A DNA stretch of 64,000 nt from Fimbriosthenelais zetlandica (lineage: Eukaryota): NCBI GenBank assembly GCA_977030845.1, contig OZ365110.1:35650001-35714000 (forward strand), given 5' to 3'. Within the stretch, counting starts at the first letter, position 1, and each line of letters begins with the position of its first letter. Of this stretch, positions 1 to 10,700 are shown piece after piece. Made by a program: the position numbers and the translations under genes. The notes beneath the pieces were generated by a model. It saw only the letters and a list, made by a program, of their open reading frames with translations, was not told the DNA's origin and did no database searches.

Positions 1-85
1 TTGAGTAACTGTATCATAAACAAATATAGCAGAGAAACGTTCAGGTTTCTCAAGAGGGAACTTATTAAAATAAGTGAAGATTTAC

Positions 86-1456
86 CTTCTATGGAACATA
101 GAACGTATCCCTGCTTATTGGGGAAGCATCGAATACAGCGGGTTTGATATTTGAGTGAGGATTCTCGTTTTTGATGGACATAACCCATATTTCTCAGATC
201 CCATACAAGGATCCTACGACCTGCCGTCCCAACCACAAGCTTGTCACCGCACAGGGCTATTGTGTAAACCTGAAAAATATGGGTTAAAATCAATGAAAAA
301 ACATAAACTGTATTAAAATTTACAGGATGTTTTGGTGCGAAAAATTAGGCCACTAAACCACTAAATTGTATAAGATTTTTTTTTTCGTTAGATACGGTCG
401 CACTGAAGTGGGGACCTTGCTCTTTTCTTATGTTGTTCATATAAATTGCATAAGATATCAGAGTAAAATAGCGCAACGTTATCGATATTCAACATCATTT
501 TTGTCTTAATTTTAAGTAAGATTGTATTCACCTTATCAGGTTGAGTAAAAGTGCCAGCACTGCATGGAGTACGTGGATCCCATAAACGCACTGTTGAATC
601 CCAACTCCCAGTAACTATGACATTAACATCAGGACAGTACTCTACACATTTTATAGGTTCAGCATGAGTCCCTACTACCGTCTCTGTAAGATATAAATAA
701 AACAAAATAAATTAGGTAATGAATCATCAATTTTCATAATATTTAAGTTTAGATGTAATTATAAATACACAAAGAAAAACACAAGTTTATTTTCTGCCTG
801 GAGTAGGCCTAGGCATAATTTTATGAAGAATTAATATATTGATTATTCTCAACCTACCTGTGCTTGAGTTGAAATCGAAAACCTTTAGCGTTTTATCCAA
901 TCCCCCACTGTAGGCATGAACGGCATCCTGTGAATATACAAATGTATTACCGCAAATCAAAGTCTGACATTTATTTTAAATAATTCATATAAAGAATAAC
1001 AAATAGGCTATACACTTCTAAATTTATGCCTAATGACAAAGTCAAATACCGGTATAGGTAATAAGACTTTGCATTACCGTACTCATTTTTCAGTTTTGTT
1101 AGTCAATGTCTATCAAAAAAAAAATACTGAAAAAGTATATTAAGATATTTTTTTTTGCAAATTGTTGCATCATCACATGGTAGGAAGTATTTGGAGTGGA
1201 AAGCCACTTAGTAACGTGTCATTATATAAATATTAAGATTTCTTTTGAAAGGTATTCCTACATAGAAGCAACAGTCCAAGACAGCTCCACTGTGGGTGTA
1301 CTTTAGTCTCATATTATTGGCTTCAACATCATAAAGCCTGACGGACCGGTCCCATGACGAGGCCAGGAGGAATTGTGACGATCCTGGGCCAAACTTCACG
1401 GAGGAAATACCATCTCCAGGTGCGTTATTCAACTTGAATTCATTGGATTCCACCAT
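86..1456 (-). CDS. BUB3: Mitotic checkpoint protein BUB3 (WD40); 5' part only, the gene continues past the window's left edge. Coding exons: 1456-1262, 927-858, 683-532, 269-86
   Basis: Spliced translation MVESNEFKLNNAPGDGISSVKFGPGSSQFLLASSWDRSVRLYDV...CCFY|DAVHAYSGGLDKTLKVFDFNSST|ETVVGTHAEPIKCVEYC...GSWDSTVRLWDPRTPC...QPDK|VYTIALCGDKLVVGTAGRRILVWDLRNMGYVHQKRESSLKYQTRCIRCFPNKQGYVLCSIEG matches the BUB3 family closely. Junctions are GT-AG with consistent phases (0,1,0,1). Confidence 0.97.
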
Positions 1457-1932
1457 AATTCTGATTATTGGATGATGACCTGTCCAGGGTTCTACCTAGT
1501 ATTAGGCCTAATCTGTAAATTGTAATCACAAAGAAAGCATGGTCAGGGTTATGCCTTATGGATCATATTTATATCATATTGATTATTGTGCATCCTAGGC
1601 CTAGTTTTTGATTCTTGTAATTTAAGGAATGAATGTTTTATGCCAAAAATTATCAATTAATGAATCAGTCTTCTCAATGTAGGTCTCGGCCTACACCACT
1701 CCAGTTCTTGATTCAAGCGTTGGACTGGGGGCCTACCTACACTGGACACTACTACTAGTAGTACTAGTACTAGTAGTAGTGTCACTACTGACACTACAGT
1801 CAACACTATTTCAGTATTTGACTTCGTTTAATATTGCAAAGCGTCCCAATTAAGCCAAATTGATTTAAAAAGATTGTGAAACATATAGTTATATCAATAG
1901 CATCTATAAGTGTGAATAACACAAAATCTTAC

Positions 1933-2005
1933 CGGTACTTTACACAAATTGTTCGTGCTTTCCGCCAGTTGAATGCCGCTCTCGTGTTTTATCGTTATTC
2001 AGGTA
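1933..2005 (-). other. BUB3: Putative non-coding first (5'UTR) exon of BUB3; upstream boundary approximate
   Basis: Minus-strand donor G|GTAAGA at 1932-1927 ends a CpG-containing patch. No in-frame coding continuation; TSS not determinable. Confidence 0.5.
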
Positions 2006-2250
2006 GCGAAACACTAACTAAAATATATGGATCTTTTTTTATAGATTAAAGGATATAAAAGCAGATTTTAATGACAAATATGTATTAAATTCAAAATTGA
2101 AATAGATATTGAGTAGTATGAATGGACGTGTACGGGATATTTTTAATATTTGTGAAAATGGAATTATGGATATAAATATTTGTGTGGTGAGACCTGAATA
2201 TAGTAAACCATCGCGCGTTACAGTCTGTCTTTCAATGCCCTGTTTTTCAT
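1990..2250. promoter_or_regulatory. Putative bidirectional promoter BUB3/RAMAC
   Basis: About 200-300 bp separate two divergent CpG-containing putative first exons. E2F-like CGCG cores lie near 2212 and 2250, and a CHR-like TTTGAA on the minus strand at 2090-2095. These motifs are short and individually weak. Confidence 0.5.
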
Positions 2251-2291
2251 CCCGCGAAGCGCACCTGCAGCCCAGTGAATATTTCCAAAAG
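2220..2291 (+). other. RAMAC: Putative non-coding first exon of RAMAC; start approximate
   Basis: CpG-rich patch ending in donor AAG|GTAATC at 2291/2292. Acceptors TTTCAG (2972) or TTCAG (2979) lie just upstream of the ATG at 2984. Confidence 0.5.
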
Positions 2292-2983
2292 GTAATCATC
2301 TCGTTTATTGTACCTAAATAATAACTGCGTGTTACATAATACTAATATGTATGATCTACTTAACATATATTGTATACTTTCATGAGATCAAATTATAAAC
2401 TTAATTAGTTTTAAGTGAACCCCCTATTATCGCCCAGGGGACATAAACTTATTTACAAATTTAGTATTTTCTAGGCCACCTGGTTAGTAGGCTAGTATGC
2501 CTAGTAGCAGTAGGCTCTTAAGTAAATGAAATCGGCGATTTATTCAAGTTTCGGCCATCGATGAGTTATAGTCCGAGATTTTTAGACTAAAGAGTAAAGT
2601 TTAACTGTCATTGACATTGTATGAATCGTTGATAGGCCTACCGGTACTAAAATTGATACGGTACCCATTGTTATACCGGTAACCTAATTATTACACCCGT
2701 AGGCCTAATAGATAAAAAATTATAATCCCCTCATTATTAAGTAGGCCCATCCTAAAATAGGGGGTTAATATGATATGAAAAATAATTTTTACTGACTCAA
2801 AATCCCTTCATTATTAGGCCTTATTAGGCCTACATAGGGCCACCCAAAAATTGGTAAGGGAGACTGGGGTTTAATTAATAAAATAACATTGCCAATTAGG
2901 GTTTCAACAAAAATCACGCTCGTAGGCCAACATACATTCCATAGGCTAAGGGCGCCTGATATTCAATTTCAGAATTCAGGAAA

Positions 2984-3774
2984 ATGGAAGAAGACTTGGG
3001 GAACACACGACCTGCTGAAGTGAAGGAGCTGCTCGCCTCCTACGAGGAAACGTTTAAAAATAGGTACACCCTCGAGGACGAAGTATTTAAGAAATATCTG
3101 GACACACCTCTGCCAGACCCACCAGTGGTAGAAAACTGGTACCAGCGTCCTAAAAGAAATGACAGGTAGGCTACTCAAACTTAAATAAGTTAAAAAGAAA
3201 CCAATTGTGATGCCAGTTGGACAGAAAATGGGCATTTTCTCTAGTTATTTCTGTCACTACTTTTTTTTTCAAATATAAATATTTGTCACCTCTCCTTATG
3301 CTATACATCATTTGAACGATCGTGATCTGCTCCATACAAATATGTAACAGACTCAAAATTCATTTTTGCGACTTGAGACTCATTTATTGAAAACCCGTCA
3401 CAATTAACTACCTGGTTAGGTTGCCGTACCGGTAATATTTATTAAAGTAGTCGTATTTTTGTTATAGAGGCGATGACCGCGGACGTCGAGGAGGTTGGGA
3501 CAACCGAAGGCGGGATGATCGTTATAGAGGAAACCAGGACAGATATGGAGACAATAGGGGAGGGTCGGGGTATGGACAACACAGGGACCGAGACAACCGT
3601 CATAGAGGTGATAGGGGACAACATGGCGGCTGGAAGGACAACAGAAGGGATGATCGTCATCACCCCTACCAACGGGACCAAAGACAGAGCTATGACCGAA
3701 GACAGGATAGAAGTGGAGACAGACGATCCCAGAGAGATAACTCAAAAGGTGGACGTAACTGGGAAGATTACTGA
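2984..3774 (+). CDS. RAMAC: RNA guanine-N7 methyltransferase activating subunit (RAM/FAM103A1), 162 aa; exons 2984-3165, 3468-3774
   Basis: Exon 1 EETFKNRYTLEDEVFKKYLDTPLPDPPVVENW matches the RAM activation domain pattern (E..F..R[FY]T..D..[FY]..YL..P...PP[IV]VE.W). A phase-2 GT-AG junction (AG|A) joins an R/G/D/N/Q/Y-rich tail ending TGA at 3772-3774. Confidence 0.9.
3215..3400 (+). mobile_element. MITE family A, right-half fragment in the RAMAC intron
   Basis: CGTGATCTGCTCCATAC...CTCAAAATTCATTTTTGCGACTTGAGACTCATTTATTGAAAACCCGTCACA matches the family A right end. Confidence 0.7.
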
Positions 3775-3950
3775 TTTGGATCAGAGATACTGTTTTGGTG
3801 ACATCTGATCTCATATTCCTTATCCAGACTTCGTGCAGTGTTATTCAACAGATGGGATTGCACTCAATGACAGACATTTAAATAGCCTGTACCGGTACAT
3901 GTATTTTGATTAAAAAATATTTCATTTGGAACGATGTAAATTGTATAACA

Positions 3951-3956
3951 AATAAA
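3951..3956 (+). terminator. Probable polyadenylation signal of RAMAC (AATAAA)
   Basis: First AATAAA ~180 nt after the stop codon, followed by T-rich sequence. Confidence 0.55.
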
Positions 3957-4782
3957 GTATCGAAATTTCAACATTTTTATTTGAGGAAATTTCCTGTTCT
4001 CTGTGAAAAAATGGTATACAATGTGACACAATAAGGCACTTATTCGCTTGGCATATTTATCAAAATTCTGAAATATTTAACATTCATATATATATATGAT
4101 CGATGTAATCAATTTTTCCGTTGGTAAGTCTTTTCATGCTGTCAATAACAAAAGTCAAATATATAATATGTACAAAACCTTGACAGGTCTATATTGAAAG
4201 TGGAGTAAGTTTAGCTTTAATTATTCTTTGGATGATTATCCTACAATATTACACAGTCGTTTTAATTTACAGTAGCGCACTGATTCTGAATTGATGACTG
4301 GAATCAATATAATAAATATAAATCATTCTGTGTGAAATGATCCACATAGAACAAGTGGTGATGATCTAGGGAACTATCAATATTTTGAGAAAACAAAATA
4401 TCACAGGCACTTTGGATAGAATTCTAACAGATTTACAGTACAGTACCAGCTAAAATTTTTACATTTTTTCCTGCGTAACATAAATCAGACTTTCGACTTG
4501 GGCTTTTTACAACAATTTGCAATGGGCAAGGCATCTCAATTTTATCAAATTAGTTAGATATTTTAAAATTCATCATTATATATTTCATTAGAGATTATTG
4601 CATTCATTTGTATTTGATTCTTATCAATTTATCATTGCATCTAATTGGTAATAAATCTACATTCCATAAACTTTTAGTCAAAATAAATACAAAGGATATA
4701 ATTCCCACAAAATTCTTTAACATTTTTCTCCCAGAATCTATCCTAATAGCTGCGCCTATTTTTTTTAGTAGAACATTATATA

Positions 4783-7700
4783 TTATTTATTTCGGTTCTC
4801 ATATTGTTGTGTTCTTTTATATACCATCCGTGGTGAAGGCATCTGAGTATGCCTTGTTACCATAGCAACCGGCCTGTGTATATTATCAGGAACCTGGCCC
4901 AGCATGTGTTGTAGGTCTTCAGAAGGGGGTAAGGCCTTTAATGGCTTACTACCCCCTGTACTTGTACCACTAGATTTAGAGGCGTGGGCTGAGGTAGAGG
5001 TAGCGGCTGATCGAGAGTACTTGGTTCGGGTACTTTTCGAAGGTGTCCTAAAATTACTCGCACTGCAGCCCGAGAAAGAACTTTTCACTGACTCAGTATC
5101 ACTGGCATCTTCTTCAACACTGGTATCTAGGTTTTTGAAAGCGACATGGTGCTCTCTTCTGCTTTGCTGTGCACTATCATAGTTACTCCTTGTATGGGAT
5201 TTAATGGTAAAAGGTACTCTTGTTTTAGATCTGACTGGTACATTAGGGGATGCCTCTGCTGATCCACTTAGTGTTGTATCCCCCAAGTCTTCCTGATTCT
5301 CATAATGTTTATAATGTCTTTTCCCACGTTGTGGGAGTCTGGGGTCCTCTGGATTGGCCACGTCCGGCATGGACATGGACTTGATTGGTCCTGAACTTGG
5401 GGAGTAATAATTACCATGGTTTTGTCTGCGGGTATTTGGTATGTCACTGGGTTCATTATCAAAATTCAGAACCCGTTCTTCTGACCGACATAATAATTTC
5501 ATTTCAGTCAGACTCTGGTTGGATTCATCCAAGTCGCGAACGTCCCCCATGGATATAGACCCGTGAAGGCTGGACTGCAAACCAACAGGAGTCATAAGGT
5601 AGGTCTCTGAATTGACCTTGGTTAATGGAACCTCTGTTCTCTGATGGCGACCATCACGGGTATGAAACTGACGGTTGGAACTAAAGGTTCCAAAATCCAC
5701 ATCATAATACTGCCTGGGTTCTGCATCTGCCGAGTAATTCTCCCTTGGTGTGGAGTGTTCAAGGTAAGAGCTTGATTGAGTTTTATATATAGATGGCATT
5801 TCCATGTCCATCTCATAAGATTCATCTGATATCCTACTCCTTGTTAGTCCACTCCTTGGCTTCTCTATGGAGAAATTATCGGCGGATTTTGAAGAGAGAT
5901 TATATTTGCTCCTGCCTGGAGTCACATCACTATTGTCTTTACCACTCCCCGCTGAATCGTCAAGCACAACATGTTTTTCCCTTCGGTTAGGTCTAGAAGT
6001 TTTTGAATAATGGCCATTCATTTGGGCATTGTCACTGCTGGAATTTTCAGATTCCCAGGGCATTAACTGTACAGCCCTAGTACGTCTTGGAGCGGTTTGT
6101 CTCAGAGAGGTTAGATTGGCATGGTCACCAAAGGGAGTGTTAGTAGGATTCTGCCCTCCCTGTGCAAGATCAAGCCGGGGCACATCCACCTGAGAATTGT
6201 CACTCCCTGTGGCTTTGTAATCAAATTTACTTTTGTATTGGCGCGTATCATTTTTATTTGTGAACTTATACTGCTCTGCCTTGGAGGCTAAATCCTCCCG
6301 GGTTTTGACTCTGGTTAGAGCACCAGCTAGTTGCTCTTTAATTTTGGAGTCAGACACTGAGTGCTTGACTCTGTTTGGAGAGTGGTATTCTGTTCTGGAC
6401 TTGGTGGCTTGGTTGGTTTTGGGGGTAAGGTTAGTGCTGCTATTGGAGGTGTTACTAGTGGTTGTATTTCGAGGCGTTATGTCATCAGGGGTATTGGAAC
6501 GACCACTGGAGCGAGATGTGAGCTGACTAGTATCCCTGGAGGGGATATACTCCAGGGCGTGTTCCATATAGGCTAGCTTTTCCTCTCGGGTCATGCTGAA
6601 ATGGAAACATTCCCACATATATAACTTTACATTTTTATATGCTAGAGGATATTGCAATCCCATATGAATCAAAATTATTAAAATTGTATGCAAATTTTAC
6701 CAAAAGTCGAAAAAAAATAGTCAAGAATAGAACAAGTGGTTGGATATGTATTAGATATGAACTGACTTTTGGTTTTCAGCATCAAGTAGATGGTTGAGGC
6801 ATTTCATGTAATATTTTCTGAGTCGCCGAGCAGTGTTCTGTCTCTCTTTCACGATCTGTTCCCGTACTGTCTCAGCTGCGCGGGCATTAGACTCCTTAAC
6901 ATGTCGGAGAACTTCAGCTGAAAGAAATCAAATCCTCTATTATTTTCAAAGTGTAAAGCATCATCTAAAGCTAGTTTTAGCCAACTTAATTAGGTAGAAC
7001 CTATTCGAGAAATTTAATCTGCATTATTGAATTTTATTGAGGTCATCATTTGAGATCTTGCAAATGCTTTTACCTCTCATTCGAGTAAGTGTCTTCAGGT
7101 AGCGTTTACTCATATCAGAATCAGCTTCGTCACTCTGGAATAAAATGAAGAGTTGAATTGAAACTAAAGCAATCAAAAACAATTGAACATAGTTTACTTT
7201 ACTTATGGTTTTTTAAAGGGGCGCAATGGACACTAAGACGGCCCGTCCTTAACTATGTCTTTCCTTTTAAGTATGTCCTTATAGCTAGGTTTACTTTGCG
7301 CCACCATGATAGTGCCCCTTTTAAATCGAACTGACTAATAGTTGCCCACAATATCAATAGGCATGGAATAAATTAGATAATGGATAATCACCATGTCTTT
7401 GGATTGCTCAAGCCTCAGTTGTTCCATCATCTTTTTCCACTCTTTTTTCTCGTTGACATGTTGTTTGCGGAGGTTGTCCACTGCTATGACATGACTACTG
7501 CGTAACTCTACCATCTTTGCCTTCATCTTCTCCATAGCAACTGAATGTTCTCTCTCCATGGATTCCTGTCACAGAATTAGAAACAGAAACATAGATTGTT
7601 TGTAATAGCCCAGTATACATATGATATAACTTAGAGGTTCTTAGCAGTCAAGTAGGTTTTTACCTGGACCACAGCAATATGTTTATGTGCTTGGATTTCT

Positions 7701-10700
7701 ATATTCTTCACTTTTTTCTCAGCCCTTTGTAGTTTTTCCACGAGGTCATGATAAGAATCATTCATCTCTGTGAGGTCCTTTTCTGTTTCATTCTTATCTC
7801 GTTCAATTTTATCCGTCTGAAATAGGAAACGGGTTGGAAGTAAGGATGTGGGGTACATTATGTTCTAGATAGCATAGACCCAATATCATATTATGTTTTG
7901 ACTACTGTAGAATTTAAGTATTTATAAAGTAAAGTTAAAAGGAAAGGCAGGACTCCACTGCTGGGATTTTGCTTGCGACACTTTTGCGACGAAGCTGTTT
8001 CTTGTCTCGCAACGAAAAATGTACCAGTGGAATACACAATTTATAAGCTTTATTATGACACAACCCTTTTTTCGCAGTAGTATCGCAAGCAAAATCGCAG
8101 CAGTGAAGACCCGGCTGAAGTTACACATTTTATCGTACTCACCTGTATCTGCATGTGTTCTAGCTTCCTGATAACATCAGTGTTCATAGATTCACATTGT
8201 TCCACTCTCTGACCACTGGCTGTGAGCTCGGCCTTCAGTCTGGCTATCTCACCGTCTCTCTCAATGATGGCTGTCTTTAGCTCCTGGGCCTCTTCACCGG
8301 CCACACGCTGGGCCTCCTCCAGGCCGGCCACACAGGCCCTCACCTCCTCAGACAGTCTCTCCATCTCTGCTGTTCTCACGTCTAACTGCTTCCTTAACTC
8401 ACCACTCACTGTCTGTAGCTCTAGCTGATGAGCTGACTTCAGCTGGGTGAACTTCATCTCATTAGCTTTTTCCATGTCAGCCTTGGAGGGGATGGAATAT
8501 TTAGATTAATATCGTTTTTTAATTGGTTCATAGTCAAGAAAATACATATATAAGTATCTGGGCTAGTGCTAAGTATTCGCCACATAGCAAAAGGCTGAAG
8601 GAAACTGCCACTGTGTCTAAAAAAAACTTTTCTCATTTCTAAATTAGAAATAAATTAGAAATATCCCCACTTTTGCGTTGATAATTGATTAAATGGATGT
8701 TTCGAATATGTGTATTGACTTTTGAAAATGACTAATTTTATGTGGCTAAAACAAAGACAATGTGGCTAAAAATATTTTGGATCCGTTAGCGCTAGCGCAT
8801 TGTATATACAGAAGCTACCTAGCCAAGAATAATGATTAAGAGAACATACCTGGAGTCGGGCTATGTCGTATTGATAATGTGAAGCTGATTTTAAACTTTC
8901 TATTTCATTCTGTAACATGTTCCTCTCCTCCTCCCAAGCTGCTTCCTTGTCCCTGATCAAAGATGCATTCTCTCCTAGCGCTTCTTCATATTTCTAATAC
9001 CGGAGAATAAGAATAAGAAATCAATATAATATAGAAATACAAATATCCTTCATACTCATAAGTTTTAGATGAATATAGCTAGGTATAGTTTGAGATATAG
9101 TGAATGAGTCAGTTTTGAAAACTAAAGCAGACCTGTTGCCATCTGAGACGTGCTTCCTCCAGAGCCTTGAGGAGATTTTCTCTGTGACTACGCATCAAGT
9201 TTTCTTTTTCCTCGGCATGATGGGCCGCCATTTCCTGTATCTTCTGCCGCCACTTCTCCTTGAGATCACCCTGGTCCTGAGCAGTAGAGAGAAAAAAACT
9301 CAGTTAGCGATACAAAAGCATTAAAACATATATAATCAGTGCCAATTCCGATGTTCCAGTAGTGCAGGGATGAAAGTCGACCAAGGCAAAAAAGTATTTG
9401 GAGGACCCAAACCAGCAAATAAGAAAATAACAGTAGTTCGAAGGAGGACTGACATCCCTGGAAGTGACAAACAATCTGTGTGACTTTGCTGATTAATTTG
9501 CAATGAGAGAAGTACAAATCTCAATCGCTTTATTATTTTCCCACCTGCTTTCACCTCCAAACTCACCTTACTGAGCTGAACATCAGCTTGGTTATTCTTG
9601 GCCTCCCTATCTTTATAAGCTTGTATTTCCTCGTTGTGTTTTCTCTCTAGTTCAGCCTTCTCCTTGGTGTACTCCTCTCGGGCTGTTTTCAGGGCCTTAT
9701 TGAGTGTATCTTGGTGTTCGTCAAGGAAGGCCCTGTAGTCCTGCTCACATTGGTCCTGCGCTGTCAGCACAGCTTTACGTCTCTCGGCATCTTTAGTACT
9801 GATTACAGTGGCTTTCTCCTCGGCGATCATTGTATGCATGTTTGACAGGTCTCCCTCTAACTGAACCTTAGCAGTCTGTAGTACTGTCAACTCCTATGTA
9901 AGATTAAAGAAAAACTTCCATTACTAAATATCTTAATTGGGAACACAGGACGTCTCAAGTTCTTGAGGTTTCATATACCATCCCATATAATGTACATTTT
10001 TTTTTACCAACAATTAAAAAATATTAAAAATATTCCATTAGAATGGAATTAACTCAGTATTCAGCAATTAATTTTTGAGAATATAGCTTATGTGTACATT
10101 CATGGCAAAGAGAGTGCTGAGTATTTCTCAAGCAAATTGAAAATAATGAATACATTCAAGATAATTTAGCTAAGTTAAGAGATAAATCTGAAGTCTTCCC
10201 TATTAATATTTCTTACAGGGTAATAGAAAAGTATGAAGTCAAACAGTCCCAGGTGAAATAGAGCCTCGTCAAATAAAAGAAGCACGGTACTGGTAGATCA
10301 AGAAAATAAGAAGTTTTTGAACCTGCCGATATAAACTTGCTACCTTGAAAACATTAAACTTGAAGATATTATAAAGTTTTTCTGTAATATCCTGAATACA
10401 AAGTTTACCTCTTTTAGTCGGCTAGTAGCTTCATCTATCTGAGTACGAGCTTGGCTAGCAGCCGCCTGTTCCACTTGCCTCACAGTGGCTTCCACCTGTT
10501 TCCGCTGCTCTTCCAACCATAATGCTTTGGCTTCAGTCAACATAGAGGCAACCTGGACAAATAATGGAGTATGAAATTTCAATTTTTGAAACCCCTTTAG
10601 TGTACAGTACCCTTTTTCCGGCAGTATTCTAGATATTGTTAATACTATTTGAAATTCTGAGTATCAACATTCCATTAAATATTCAAGATTAATAGTTTAA

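Noticed and set aside
2039-2321. Opposing 86-aa and 70-aa ORFs in the BUB3/RAMAC intergenic region
   Set aside because: No recognisable product; the region is better explained as promoter plus 5'UTR exon.
3416-3814. ORFs 3473-3808 (+), 3416-3814 and 3442-3681 (-)
   Set aside because: Shadows of the repetitive RAMAC exon 2; only the RG-rich frame fits the phase-2 junction.
4904-6576. Plus-strand ORFs over the CEP152 terminal exon
   Set aside because: Antisense shadows of a Ser/Thr-rich coding exon.
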